From positions 1 through 34,097 of IMG/VR virus record IMGVR_UViG_3300025888_000009: a stretch of 34,097 nucleotides of DNA; one strand, written 5' to 3'. Position 1 is the stretch's first letter. The number at the start of each line of letters is the position of its first letter. Positions 14,221-24,357 of this stretch are shown in pieces. Source of the stretch: a virus. Its lineage: Duplodnaviria; Caudoviricetes. Below the pieces are notes generated by a model that saw nothing but the letters and a program-made list of their open reading frames with translations, made no database searches and had not been told where the DNA came from. The translations under genes were made by a program, and so were the position numbers.

Positions 14221-16067
14221 ATTGCTAGCTCCGTTTTGCCGTTGGCTCTTAGTTGTTCGTTTAGGCGGTCAATTAATCTTTTAGCTAAGGCTCGTTCGTC
14301 AGCTGGTGAGGCGGTCATGATGCCTGATAAATTAAGGCTTATATTGTTGTTCACCACTTTACTACTGCCACCAATCATACCTTGTAAATCTTTACTATTA
14401 ACAATCGTACCAGATGTACGAGGCACAAATAATTCTGATGTGCTGTTGAGTGAACCGTCTGGGTTATCACCTACGAAGTAAGGTGTGTTTGATGAAACTG
14501 CTCCACCAGCAGCTTTATGTGGGATTGAATCACCAGTATTTTTACCACTTATGTTATAGCTAAAAGTGCTACCGTTAAAGTTATTAAGATTAGTTTTGAG
14601 CACTCCAAAATCTTCGTTTTGTTTACGCCATGCTGCAGCACCGTTATAACCAGCATCTTCAATCTTTTTAAGTTCCTTAACTACCGCTTCTACTTTTGGA
14701 ACTTCTGTTATTGCGTCTTTGCTAGCTTTTATTGCGTCTTTTAGCAAACCCTGTTTTGTTGTAGCTGTGTCGGTAGCCACATTAGCTTCTGCTTGAGCTT
14801 TAATATATTGAGGGCTATCCTTACCGTATTGATTAAGCATATCTGTTGCGTGTTGAATAGCTGCAGCTTTGGTTTCTTCTGCAATAATAGCATTTAGATT
14901 TGCTTGATGTTCTGTTATTGCAGTTCCTGTAACATTATCCATTGCAATTTTAAGATTATCTTTTGCAGTTGTTAATCTTTCAGCTGCGCTCTTAGATAAA
15001 TCACTTGATGCAACTAATGTAGCAAAAGCCACTGATAGACCAATTATAGCGGCAGTACCAGCTACATAAGGGTTTAACGCCATAACGGCGTTTAAAGCAC
15101 CTTGTGATATAGCTGCTACACCAACTATAGTGTTATAGGCTACCATTGCAGTTGCTAATCCTGATATAGCAGGTAGATATGTCATAAATGTATTTGATGC
15201 AGTTGTAACCGTACCATTAAGAGCTGCCATCGCACCATTAACTCCACCTATGCTATCAAACCAGTTTAATGATGATGTCACCCAAGGCATAATGCCTTGT
15301 GCAATTGCTTGACCAATACCCTCTTGAACATTACCAAGCCTATTTTTTAGGATTGTTAATTGTCCTGCAAATGTACTACCAGCTGCCGTTGCTGAACCGC
15401 CAAACTCGGTTTGTAATTCTTTTAAGATGATTGATTGTGCGCCAGCCGTATCACCAACTTCAACTAATGATTTAATTAAATCTTTTTGGCTCTCAGTTAA
15501 TCGTACACCAACACGTTGCAAGGCAGTTGCTCCAAGTACAGGGTCTTGTAAGGCTTTACCAACTTGGATAGCGGTAGATTTTAAATCAGTTCCCATTGCG
15601 GTTGACATATCCAGTACAGCTTGAGTAGTTTGTGGAAATACATCTTTGCCAATATTAGTAAACGTTAATAACATATTCTCTGCCGATTGAATGACCTCAT
15701 CAGCATAAGGGGTTACACTCTCAAATGCTGTTGCTAAATCGGTTACTTGTCTTGCAGTTACACCAGCAGCACCAGCTGTAGATTTTAACACTGCCTCAGT
15801 TTGTGATTGAGCAGCTTGTGCTTCTTCATAAGCTTGAACAGATGAAACACCAAAAGCTACGACAGCAGCTCCAGCAGCAACAAGAGCGACTGTTGCTACT
15901 TGTTTAAAGTTAGCAAATGCAGCATTAGCCTTATCTGTACCGCCTGTTATACCTTTATCGAGTGAATCGCCAGTTCTTTTAGCTATAGCGTCTACTTCTG
16001 CGGAGTCTTTACTCAGTTGACTAGAATTAATTTTAGCGTCATATTCAATTGATCCAACATTCTCCAT
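14217..16067 (-). CDS. Tape measure protein (616 aa)
   Basis: Ala/Gly-rich helical protein; AIQVGKALQDPVLG..ALQRVGV; C-terminal AAGGAV...ELFVP. Confidence 0.92.
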   Translation of the reverse strand: MENVGSIEYDAKINSSQLSKDSAEVDAIAKRTGDSLDKGITGGTDKANAAFANFKQVATVALVAAGAAVVAFGVSSVQAYEEAQAAQSQTEAVLKSTAGAAGVTARQVTDLATAFESVTPYADEVIQSAENMLLTFTNIGKDVFPQTTQAVLDMSTAMGTDLKSTAIQVGKALQDPVLGATALQRVGVRLTESQKDLIKSLVEVGDTAGAQSIILKELQTEFGGSATAAGSTFAGQLTILKNRLGNVQEGIGQAIAQGIMPWVTSSLNWFDSIGGVNGAMAALNGTVTTASNTFMTYLPAISGLATAMVAYNTIVGVAAISQGALNAVMALNPYVAGTAAIIGLSVAFATLVASSDLSKSAAERLTTAKDNLKIAMDNVTGTAITEHQANLNAIIAEETKAAAIQHATDMLNQYGKDSPQYIKAQAEANVATDTATTKQGLLKDAIKASKDAITEVPKVEAVVKELKKIEDAGYNGAAAWRKQNEDFGVLKTNLNNFNGSTFSYNISGKNTGDSIPHKAAGGAVSSNTPYFVGDNPDGSLNSTSELFVPRTSGTIVNSKDLQGMIGGSSKVVNNNISLNLSGIMTASPADERALAKRLIDRLNEQLRANGKTELAI

Positions 16068-16399
16068 TATTTTACTCCATTCATATCATCAATATACGGT
16101 TTCATTTGATCATAAAACCTACCAGAAACTACCGCTAACTGAGCTTTAGCATTATCGTATACTTTAGTACTGTGGACTTTACGAGCGCCTAATATTAGCA
16201 TATTCATTTGATCTATTGTAATGTCATCGTTTAAGACTGACATAATAGCATCCCAGCCAAAATGAACTCCAAATTCAGATAATTGCGCCCATTGTTTCGT
16301 TATAATATTTGATATTTCTTCTTTGGTAGCTCTAAAATCAGAAACTTTTTTCAAGTCCTCTGGCGACATTAAATCTTCTAAATTAACTGACTTGCTCAT
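16067..16399 (-). CDS. Tail assembly chaperone (gpT-position)
   Basis: Between first chaperone and TMP; ATG 16399 or TTG 16414. Confidence 0.65.
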   Translation of the reverse strand: MSKSVNLEDLMSPEDLKKVSDFRATKEEISNIITKQWAQLSEFGVHFGWDAIMSVLNDDITIDQMNMLILGARKVHSTKVYDNAKAQLAVVSGRFYDQMKPYIDDMNGVK

Positions 16400-16724
16400 T
16401 GTAGGCTTTATCAACTATTAAGTTCATCTCAGTATCAGTTAGTGACTTAACATACTCATCAGATTCTGGTGTGCCGTCGCTAATCACTCGACGGCTTCTA
16501 ATTTTCAGTAACTCAGTAGATAGAAATGATAGCTTTTTTAGTTGCTCGCTATTTAATATTTGCTTTTTTTCTAGGTTGGATAATTCCTCAAGTTCATTTA
16601 GATATTGATTATAGTCTAAAGTCTCACCGTTACCCATTTTTCTAACTAAACAAACGACATCACCGATTAATACTTTTTTGCGTGTTTTTTCTTTGGTAAG
16701 GTTGATTTTTATTATGTCGCTCAT
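16383..16724 (-). CDS. Tail assembly chaperone (gpG-position)
   Basis: Follows major tail gene; AGGAG RBS. Confidence 0.7.
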   Translation of the reverse strand: MSDIIKINLTKEKTRKKVLIGDVVCLVRKMGNGETLDYNQYLNELEELSNLEKKQILNSEQLKKLSFLSTELLKIRSRRVISDGTPESDEYVKSLTDTEMNLIVDKAYNEQVS

Positions 16725-16734
16725 AGTACTCCTA

Positions 16735-16766
16735 GTTCTATTTATGTTCTAATTATATTATAGCAA
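16735..16766 (-). promoter_or_regulatory. Structural-module promoter: extended -10 TGCTATAAT plus TAGAACATAAATAGAAC
   Basis: Motif shared with 20945 and 24358. Confidence 0.7.
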
Positions 16767-16774
16767 ATGACTAT

Positions 16775-16801
16775 AAAAAATAACCCCACGAATGAGGTTA
16801 T
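16775..16801 (-). terminator. Intrinsic terminator after major tail gene
   Basis: TAACCTCA-TTCG-TGGGGTTA-TTTTTT. Confidence 0.85.
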
Positions 16802-16819
16802 AATTCTAAGCTGTTTGAA

Positions 16820-17359
16820 TTAGCTAGTTACTGGTACGGTTGTCTCAGTAACGCTGTCATAAATTGATTCTTGTGTCAAATTTCCACTGCCTAACCTCCA
16901 TACATTGCCATCAACATCTGGTTGTGGGTACAACGTGACTTCAACACTAAGTGGATCAGTTGGGTTAATCTCACTTGTGAAACTGAACAATGCTTGTGCA
17001 TCGTAAAAGTATATATCGTCATTATCATTGTCATCACACACAAAGTGAATATTTACAGGGCCAGCATCGGTAGCTTGGCATGTGTCAGCGTTGTACACTA
17101 TATTACCTGTAAGTTGTGGTGCTGTTGGTGCATTGTATCGTCCGGGGAAGATGTTTTTTAGGTAATCAATACTTGGTAGGAAAATAGTAAACTTTGCCAT
17201 AGCTGTGTCTAAAAGACCGCTAGGCTCTGTAAACTTTCCGCCAAGTGTTGAACGCTCAATTGTGCCGTCTGTTAGTTCAATGTTAATAACACTTAACAGC
17301 GAAGCTGGTATAGTGGTATTGTTCATCGAGACATCGGCTCGTCCGCTCATTGTTGCCAT
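16820..17359 (-). CDS. Major tail (tube) protein
   Basis: Position, size, strong RBS and downstream terminator. Confidence 0.8.
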   Translation of the reverse strand: MATMSGRADVSMNNTTIPASLLSVINIELTDGTIERSTLGGKFTEPSGLLDTAMAKFTIFLPSIDYLKNIFPGRYNAPTAPQLTGNIVYNADTCQATDAGPVNIHFVCDDNDNDDIYFYDAQALFSFTSEINPTDPLSVEVTLYPQPDVDGNVWRLGSGNLTQESIYDSVTETTVPVTS

Positions 17360-17370
17360 TTTATTTCTCC

Positions 17371-17775
17371 TTATTCTTTATCGTAATACATTGTTGCACC
17401 TAACCTAAAGACAACACGATCATTTTCATCTATTCCTAGATTCTCTATGTTATCCATTGTGGTTAAGCGGCAATTTTTGTATTGTCTATTGCTTATGTTT
17501 GGTACGATTGGCAATGCACAAATATTGTCATAGTTATCTTGAAAATGAAGTTTAATCTTTTCTAGTGTGTCCTTACCAACTGAGTTAGAAGTAGCACGAG
17601 AGTAAATATCAAACCTATAACTTGATAGCCTGTTTTGTGTTTGTGAGTCACCACCTCTTGAATATATAGCGATACCAGTTTTACCAACTGGCAAGACCTC
17701 TGAAAATAAATCGACATCTAATGCAGTGCCAAATCCATGTTCTAGTAAGTATTGAAGTAAGTGTTCTGTAATCAT
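17371..17775 (-). CDS. Tail terminator/minor capsid family protein
   Basis: Position; ..LGIDENDRVVF.. motif. Confidence 0.75.
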   Translation of the reverse strand: MITEHLLQYLLEHGFGTALDVDLFSEVLPVGKTGIAIYSRGGDSQTQNRLSSYRFDIYSRATSNSVGKDTLEKIKLHFQDNYDNICALPIVPNISNRQYKNCRLTTMDNIENLGIDENDRVVFRLGATMYYDKE

Positions 17776-18098
17776 TATAATCCTTTGAGGTATCGTTTTA
17801 TGTTCCTAGCATTATCGTTGCCTGCTCTTTCAAGGTATTTCAACGTGCTAGGGTTTTTCTTATTTTCAAAGTGCCTGCGTAGTGCATATGGTACATTACC
17901 ACCGCCAAATCTCACAGAGTAGTGTCCACTGCCTTTTTTTTCAATCACTGCACTATTTACTAATGCACGACTGGCTTTTGGGGCGTTTATCTTAGCTACT
18001 CGGTCAATATCTGTGGCAAGTTCTAGCACCGCAATATCAATCTTTTGTTCTGTTTCAGTTGTCCACTGCTTTATTCGAGAGGTAAATCTGACGGCCAT
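17775..18098 (-). CDS. HK97 gp10-like neck/tail completion protein
   Basis: AKINAPKASRALVNS...VPYALRRH...YLERA. Confidence 0.8.
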   Translation of the reverse strand: MAVRFTSRIKQWTTETEQKIDIAVLELATDIDRVAKINAPKASRALVNSAVIEKKGSGHYSVRFGGGNVPYALRRHFENKKNPSTLKYLERAGNDNARNIKRYLKGL

Positions 18099-18451
18099 GA
18101 GACAATACTTTCTTTTTTAAGTGTTACTTTGTAAAACTCTAGTTTTCCAGTATCGAAATCCATGCCCTCAACTTGACCGTCAATCCTGTACTCTACAGGC
18201 TCGCCAGTGTTATCAATTGCACGAATACCATGACCAACCATATTACCCTGAACAACGGCTAGAAACGGCTCAGACGGCTTTACATGGATAGTTGAGGTTG
18301 AGTTATATGCTTCCATATTATCAGCCTGAACCATACCATCACGAAGTTTAACTATTCCCTCGGCCGAGAACTCTTTGACAATATAATTACCATCAAAGTT
18401 AGTTCCTAGCTGTAAAAACGTATAAGGTGCGTTAGTAAATAGTTCGAACAT
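18071..18451 (-). CDS. Head closure (stopper) protein
   Basis: Position and size. Confidence 0.65.
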   Translation of the reverse strand: MFELFTNAPYTFLQLGTNFDGNYIVKEFSAEGIVKLRDGMVQADNMEAYNSTSTIHVKPSEPFLAVVQGNMVGHGIRAIDNTGEPVEYRIDGQVEGMDFDTGKLEFYKVTLKKESIVSWPSDLPLE

Positions 18452-19019
18452 GGTGAACCCGCCCGCTATCTATTCTACCTACATTACATTGACTGTATTT
18501 ATTAATCGTCGCTTGGTTAGCGTTAATAAACTCGTCATATGTCGTGCTATCTTTATACGTTACAGAAAAGTCTTCAATCTTTTTAGATTTAACTTGGTTG
18601 TCAGCCGTCTGTTCAATTAAGATGTAACCAAATAACTTAGCAATTAGCATTTGTATATCGTAAGGTATGCAGTCAAAGCCCCATACAGCATCAACAACTA
18701 CTTTATCGCCGTGCATTTTGTCGTCAAACTCAATGATGTTGTACCATGAACCGTTATAATTATTATTCTGTTTAAGTGTGTATTCCGTAGTCACTACATC
18801 ATCAACTGTTACGCTGGTGATTGCTGTGAATGGGTCAACATATAAACTACGATAATTATGTCGGGTGTCATAGGTACGACTGCCACCGTTATCGCATAGG
18901 CTAAAGCAAACTAGTTGCTCTAGGCGTTCGATTGCGATGTTAAGGTACATATCAAAGTTGGTTACCTCCGAGGAGGTGAGAGTACGATTAAGTAACTTTG
19001 CAACTTGTTCTTGTGTCAT
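18432..19019 (-). CDS. Head-tail adaptor/connector protein
   Basis: Follows capsid; WGF..IPYDI, VKSKKIEDFSVTY motifs. Confidence 0.8.
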   Translation of the reverse strand: MTQEQVAKLLNRTLTSSEVTNFDMYLNIAIERLEQLVCFSLCDNGGSRTYDTRHNYRSLYVDPFTAITSVTVDDVVTTEYTLKQNNNYNGSWYNIIEFDDKMHGDKVVVDAVWGFDCIPYDIQMLIAKLFGYILIEQTADNQVKSKKIEDFSVTYKDSTTYDEFINANQATINKYSQCNVGRIDSGRVHHVRTIY

Positions 19020-19036
19020 CTCGTACCCTCCTTAAA

Positions 19037-20890
19037 TTAGCTTACTACGTCTGTTGTAACGATACCAACTGCGGCTTTACGGATTGACAATGCGCCACCC
19101 TTGTAAATTTCTTGTAGGTATTCATTTTCGTTTGTTTCAAGCTTAAAGTTAGTAAATGATTCAATTGAGTTGTCGCCAACTGTTTTGTAACCACTAAATA
19201 CAACTAGGTAAGCATCAAAGTCTGGGTCTGTAGCGTCGTTAAACCATGTTGGCTCAAATTTGCCAGCAAATCCCATAGCTCTAGCGACATCAGTTCCAGG
19301 GGCAAAAATGTAGCCACCGTTGACACCAACTTCAAGCATTAAGTCTGTTAAATAGCCTTTTTTAGCGACTAGGTATATAGGGCCTTCAGCTTCTAGCAAG
19401 TCCATAGCCTTGATAAGAGACTCGTATTTGCTTTCAGAAAGTGCAGGTGTATAAGTAGCACCAAAATCATTAACAGCAACAACGTCATCTTTAATAGGTG
19501 TGAACTTAGTAATGTGTCGTTTGTTACCAACAATACGGCCATCACCAATAACAACTGCTCGTTCGATTTCACGAATAATACGGATAGGTAATTCATTCAA
19601 TACGAATCGTACTAATGCACCAGTTGAACGGTTTTCACGAATAGTCTCTTTATCAAGTACAAGATATTTGTAAATGTATTGAGCGCGGATAGTTCGGTCA
19701 TCAAAGTCAAGAACTTGCTCGTCTTTAGTATCAGCTTTAACGTGTCCACCTGCTCGGCTAGTATCAGTATTAGAATCTGTGTCATCCCAGACAACCTTGA
19801 ATACATCAAGACCTGTGTGGTTTAAGAGATTGTAAATACCGCTAGTTTTAACAGCATCTTCGATTTGAGTAATAAGTGGCTCAGGCAATGCAAAGTAAGT
19901 AGGGTCAGTAAGACCGTTCTTTACAAGCATGTCTTTCCATGAATCTTTTACATCTTTGGTAGTTTTGCCAGCATTAGCACGTAGTACTTCTGCAAAATCT
20001 TCCATCGACATATCAGTCTTTAGGTAGTCAACAGTTGCTTTTGGTGTAACGATAGCTTGGTCTTTTGGCTCTATAATAGTAGCCATTGCTAATTCTTTGT
20101 CCATTTCTTTTGTTTCCTCGGTCTTATCGACCTCATTAGGTTTAATTTCTTCGACAGTTTCCTCAATAACTTCGGGGTTAACCTCTGGTACTTCAGGAAC
20201 TTCTTCTACTTTAGGCTCTATAACGATAGCTTCCTCTTCCGAGTTGGCAACCTTTGATAGATAGCTTTTCATAGATTCTTTTGTAGCTGACATGCTAAAT
20301 GCAAAGTTTCCACTGAAAATGTTGGCTGGTGCAGAGTCGGCTTCTTTGATCTTGGTTGCTTCATCAGCAAAACCAAGTTCAACCGCTTTCTCTGGTGACA
20401 TCCACGTTTCAGCTTCTAGCATTTGTTTTACAGCTTCCTTTGTCTGGCCTGTACGCTCTGAGTAGATTCCAATAATACCTTCCTCTACTGTATCAAGCAT
20501 CTCGATGGCTTTCTCAAGGTCTTTAGCGTTGCCTATTGCTAGCATTGAGGCACGATGAACCATCATAGTACTTCCTGGAGACATAATAATCTTGTCTCCT
20601 GCCATTGCAATAACTGACGCTATTGATGCTGCAAGCCCGTCAACTCTAACTGTGACATTCGCATCTAGTTCTCTCAAAGCGTTATAGATTGAAATACCCG
20701 CCCAAACATCACCACCAGTACTATTAATAGATACTATTAGGTTTTTGCTTGATATTTTCTTAAGTTCATCACGGAATAGTTGAGGCGTAACCTCATCTCC
20801 CCACCATGACTCAGAAGAAATAGGGCCATCAAGTATAAGCGTTGAATCAGAACTATCAACCGAATTTGTCAATTGCCAGAATTTATTCAT
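19037..20890 (-). CDS. ClpP-type prohead protease fused to HK97-fold major capsid protein
   Basis: INSTGGDV, DGLAASIASVI, MMVH, ETWMSPEKAVELGFAD; acidic linker; capsid-like C-terminal ~350 aa. Start ATG 20890 (AAGGA RBS). Confidence 0.9.
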   Translation of the reverse strand: MNKFWQLTNSVDSSDSTLILDGPISSESWWGDEVTPQLFRDELKKISSKNLIVSINSTGGDVWAGISIYNALRELDANVTVRVDGLAASIASVIAMAGDKIIMSPGSTMMVHRASMLAIGNAKDLEKAIEMLDTVEEGIIGIYSERTGQTKEAVKQMLEAETWMSPEKAVELGFADEATKIKEADSAPANIFSGNFAFSMSATKESMKSYLSKVANSEEEAIVIEPKVEEVPEVPEVNPEVIEETVEEIKPNEVDKTEETKEMDKELAMATIIEPKDQAIVTPKATVDYLKTDMSMEDFAEVLRANAGKTTKDVKDSWKDMLVKNGLTDPTYFALPEPLITQIEDAVKTSGIYNLLNHTGLDVFKVVWDDTDSNTDTSRAGGHVKADTKDEQVLDFDDRTIRAQYIYKYLVLDKETIRENRSTGALVRFVLNELPIRIIREIERAVVIGDGRIVGNKRHITKFTPIKDDVVAVNDFGATYTPALSESKYESLIKAMDLLEAEGPIYLVAKKGYLTDLMLEVGVNGGYIFAPGTDVARAMGFAGKFEPTWFNDATDPDFDAYLVVFSGYKTVGDNSIESFTNFKLETNENEYLQEIYKGGALSIRKAAVGIVTTDVVS

Positions 20891-20944
20891 GCTTTTCCTT
20901 TTCTTAAAGTTTACAAACATTCATATAACGTTCTTATGAACTTT

Positions 20945-20976
20945 GTTCTATTTATGTTCTATATTCAGTTTATCAA
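20945..20976 (-). promoter_or_regulatory. Structural-module promoter: TGATAAACT plus TAGAACATAAATAGAAC upstream of capsid gene
   Basis: Shared motif. Confidence 0.7.
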
Positions 20977-20996
20977 TTAAAGTGCTATTGTGTCTA

Positions 20997-21533
20997 TCAC
21001 AAATAATTACTCATATTAAGCTCTGATTTTAATTGCTTCAAAGGTATTACTTCGTCAACTCTAGCTGTAATGTCTTTTGCTAGGTAATAACTTTCATAAC
21101 CAGCCTTAGTAATAGTAATAACAAATGGGTCATATCTAGTAATTGTTTGCACTCCAGCCGTATCATAAGTTGTTTCTCTATAGTAGGCTTCTGTTTCAAC
21201 CACTCCACTAGCATCAGTCAAGTCATTAAATAACTCTGTGCCAACACTATTTTTAATAATAACTCTGGCGTTTTCAAGTGGGTTTTTGTTTAAATCTTCA
21301 ACTGTGTATTTGAAAGTCTTAATGTCTCTTATCCAGCTATCTGTCGAAGTTCCTGAGTTCCATTTAGACCTAGCGTCAGGAGTGGAATCAACAAGCGATA
21401 CTTGCCAATCATCACCTAGTGTTAATACTTCACCGCTAGATGCACGACCACCACGATAATTAACTAATCTATACCTTGAGCCTGTAGCTGTTTGCAAAGA
21501 ACGTGAGACATTATCAACAAACACGTCTATCAA
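20997..21533 (-). CDS. Beta-rich virion accessory protein fragment with carboxypeptidase-regulatory-like (Ig-like) domain
   Basis: NPLENARVII...TDASG...ITITKAGYE; frame open upstream to 21593 without a good start. Confidence 0.6.
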   Translation of the reverse strand: MIDVFVDNVSRSLQTATGSRYRLVNYRGGRASSGEVLTLGDDWQVSLVDSTPDARSKWNSGTSTDSWIRDIKTFKYTVEDLNKNPLENARVIIKNSVGTELFNDLTDASGVVETEAYYRETTYDTAGVQTITRYDPFVITITKAGYESYYLAKDITARVDEVIPLKQLKSELNMSNYL

Positions 21534-21744
21534 CGTTCCTATACCATATCTTAAACCAACATCTGATTCGCTTAATGCCAGTCTGGTTAAAGTTTATAGT
21601 ATTAGTTACTTCGCTAACTGATATATTATTTAAAGTCTCACCATTTATTGTAATGGTTGATGATACTTCGTTTAATATTAAATCAACCCTATTATCAACA
21701 ATAGATATATTATTATCTTTAGTTATAAGGTTGATTTCGTACAT
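21514..21744 (-). CDS. N-terminal part of a probable frameshifted/deleted virion accessory gene
   Basis: TAATG-coupled start; composition changes abruptly after ...FNQTG. Confidence 0.5.
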   Translation of the reverse strand: MYEINLITKDNNISIVDNRVDLILNEVSSTITINGETLNNISVSEVTNTINFNQTGIKRIRCWFKIWYRNVDRRVC

Positions 21745-22070
21745 TAACTAACTACTTCTGTATCGCCTAATGATTCTGATATTATAAAATCTGGTAAATC
21801 ACTGTTACATTTAAGTGGCTCAGGAAACTTTTTGAGCCGTCCATCTGTAAATGATACGTCTATTTGATATTTATAAGAGCCTAACGGTATTTCAGTCTCG
21901 GCTGGCAACAATGATAAATCAGCAACACCAGCAACAAAGCTAACAGTTTTAGTTATTTTTAGTAATTCGCCAGCTAAACCTACATATAAAGTAGCTGTAT
22001 CTGCGGTTATGTCATCACTATTAGTCGTTAGCTCAACACTTGCACCATATCTTGTGTTAATTGCTTTCAT
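21744..22070 (-). CDS. BppU-N-like virion accessory protein
   Basis: LSLLPAET..PLGSYKYQIDVSFTDG pattern. Confidence 0.6.
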   Translation of the reverse strand: MKAINTRYGASVELTTNSDDITADTATLYVGLAGELLKITKTVSFVAGVADLSLLPAETEIPLGSYKYQIDVSFTDGRLKKFPEPLKCNSDLPDFIISESLGDTEVVS

Positions 22071-22248
22071 TTACTATCTCCTTAAATTTATATCGCAATT
22101 GCTCGTCAGTTGATTTTGAATTAACAACTTTGATTTGATTATCTTTTTTGCACTTACTGTTTGAACATTTGATGACTGCTATTAAAGTATCATTAGCCAT
22201 ACCTAGATAACGATTGCAAAACTTACAATGAAGCTCAAGTGGGGTCAT
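22057..22248 (-). CDS. Mu Com-like zinc-ribbon protein
   Basis: LHCKFCNRYLG...IKCSNSKCKKDN; ATG 22248 overlaps portal stop. Confidence 0.7.
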   Translation of the reverse strand: MTPLELHCKFCNRYLGMANDTLIAVIKCSNSKCKKDNQIKVVNSKSTDEQLRYKFKEIVNESN

Positions 22249-24344
22249 TTTACAATCTCCCATGTTGCACCACATTGGCAGTTCGGGTGACTGTGAGCTA
22301 TATCCATGTCAACAAAGTCATTATTCAATACTCCGCCATCCTCGCCTTGGATAACGCCGTCTTTAGGTACGAATGGGGTGTTGACTGAAACAACAGTTCC
22401 GTCCATCGCTCGACAAAACTCACAAGGATTACCACCGTAAGTATTCCATATTTTGTTTATTGCATAACCTGTCTCACCTTGTATATTCTCCATAGCAAAT
22501 AGCGAACCATTACCACCAGCTCGAACAGTTTCAGTTCTTGCTATTCTAACTGTTCGCCACTCTTCTAAATTAGGAATAGTCTTTAGTTCTTTTTTTAGTT
22601 GGCTTGCGCTCAAACCATTTGCGTTGCCATTATCTAAGACTTTGCGGATAGCGTCTTTAGTGTCTGAGGCGTAACTCTTACCTACATTAGTTAGATATGA
22701 TTTGTAGTTGTTAATTTCAGCATCGGTTAAACTAAATTCGCTTAACATATCAGCATTTAAGCCGGCATCTAAGATTAGTTGTATGCCTTCTTCGTATTGG
22801 ATAGTGCCATCGGCTATAAGTAAGGCTGTGATAGGTATTAAAGCGTCATCAACAAAGGTTTCAAGGTCGTTATTGTCGTAATCGCCTTGTTCGTTTTTTG
22901 TTTCATCATCGACTTCATCAACAGCCTTATCAACTTGAGTTTGCATAAACCTAGCAGCTGCTTTTTTAATCTCGTTATATTCGACAGTCTCAACTACTGC
23001 TTTTGGGTTTTGGCAGCCGCAACCTCCATCATGAAGTTGATTGACAAAAGTCTCAATTTGCTTAGGGTCAGGGCTTGCGTTTACTTCACCACCTTCATCG
23101 ACATCACCCTCATCAATCTCTTTTATGGTGGCAGTTTCCACCTTCTTAAGTTTTTTATAACTTTCAGGTAATTCAAAAGCATCAACTACACTCTCTAACG
23201 AGTAGCCGTTAAGATCAACCATGTTAGTAATAATAGATTGGTTGAGTACTTTAGTCTCTGATTCAACTTTGACAGCATCAGCTACGGCAGGGATAGCATA
23301 GTCAAATACAATTGCATAACCTAGGCCATTAGTAATTCGATTTAACTCATGAGTGATTGTAGTGTAAATTTCAATTGCCATTGGACGGACTGCACGTTTA
23401 GCAAATCCAGCCTCAGATACTTGAGCCGTCGCATAAGTTGAAGCGTCATCTACTCCCTTAACAACTTGTGAGACACCAAATGCCATGTCAGTACGTTTGT
23501 TAGTTTGCTCGAATAAGTTTTTAAAGTCAATGTCTTTATTAGATTGTGCGAATGGTATCCATTCAATCTGGGCGTGGGCTTCTTTGCCTGTGTTCTTGTC
23601 AATTGGTCGAGGTGTATAAACCACGTTACCGTTCTTGCCAGCTCCTCTATGAGCTTTTTGCATTTCAGTAACAGTATCTTCATAGTCTGTTTTTTTAGCG
23701 GTCGTAATAACGAATGTACCGGCAGGGATTGCACCATTCTCAAAGAATCCAGCTTGAAAAGCAGCGATGTAGTCATCTAGTTTAGCCCAACGCTCGGCAG
23801 CTTCTCGTGATGAATAACCTCCATATAAGTTATCAGGGTTTACGCCACCAGGAATGACAATCACTTCATCTTCGGTAAATGAACTTGAGCCTAATGTATA
23901 GATAGTCTTTCCTAAGACAGTTGAGACGCTTGGGTGTTCTAAGAATGTATAACCAGCTATGTTATTAGGTGTGATATCACCAAATGGTACGGCTTTACTG
24001 CCGTTTTTGCGCCAGACAAGTAGATAAGTTTTACGATGTGTGAGTTTAGAGACGGCTAGTTTCTTAAAGAATGAAGCGGAACTATCTATTTTATTAGGGT
24101 GATATAGTGCATCGACAGCCATTGATTTGACAGTTTTACCAGTCTTATCAATCGCATAAGGTTTAATCTGCATAAATTCATCAGATATTGCTCTAACACT
24201 TGGGTGAATAGTGGCGTATGAATCAGATGTTAGCTTGCCATGTAGATGGTTAGGACTCCATGTGGCTAATGAATCACGTCCAGTATATAAATTGTTGACA
24301 GTGAGGTTTCTAAATATGTTTTTTATTGCGTTAAAAGGTTTCAA
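22245..24344 (-). CDS. Portal protein fused to Mu gpF/SPP1 gp7-like head morphogenesis domain
   Basis: FFENGAIPAG, AFGVSQVVKG (HK97-type portal); RIARTETVRA...CEFC..MDG...HPNCQC (Mu F). Confidence 0.9.
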   Translation of the reverse strand: MKPFNAIKNIFRNLTVNNLYTGRDSLATWSPNHLHGKLTSDSYATIHPSVRAISDEFMQIKPYAIDKTGKTVKSMAVDALYHPNKIDSSASFFKKLAVSKLTHRKTYLLVWRKNGSKAVPFGDITPNNIAGYTFLEHPSVSTVLGKTIYTLGSSSFTEDEVIVIPGGVNPDNLYGGYSSREAAERWAKLDDYIAAFQAGFFENGAIPAGTFVITTAKKTDYEDTVTEMQKAHRGAGKNGNVVYTPRPIDKNTGKEAHAQIEWIPFAQSNKDIDFKNLFEQTNKRTDMAFGVSQVVKGVDDASTYATAQVSEAGFAKRAVRPMAIEIYTTITHELNRITNGLGYAIVFDYAIPAVADAVKVESETKVLNQSIITNMVDLNGYSLESVVDAFELPESYKKLKKVETATIKEIDEGDVDEGGEVNASPDPKQIETFVNQLHDGGCGCQNPKAVVETVEYNEIKKAAARFMQTQVDKAVDEVDDETKNEQGDYDNNDLETFVDDALIPITALLIADGTIQYEEGIQLILDAGLNADMLSEFSLTDAEINNYKSYLTNVGKSYASDTKDAIRKVLDNGNANGLSASQLKKELKTIPNLEEWRTVRIARTETVRAGGNGSLFAMENIQGETGYAINKIWNTYGGNPCEFCRAMDGTVVSVNTPFVPKDGVIQGEDGGVLNNDFVDMDIAHSHPNCQCGATWEIVK

Positions 24345-24357
24345 TTTGTAGTTCCCC

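Noticed and set aside
16563-16571. A AAA AAG slippery site as the tail chaperone G/GT frameshift
   Set aside because: The -1 frame hits TAG within a few codons, and the downstream chaperone ORF is in the +1 frame with its own ATG
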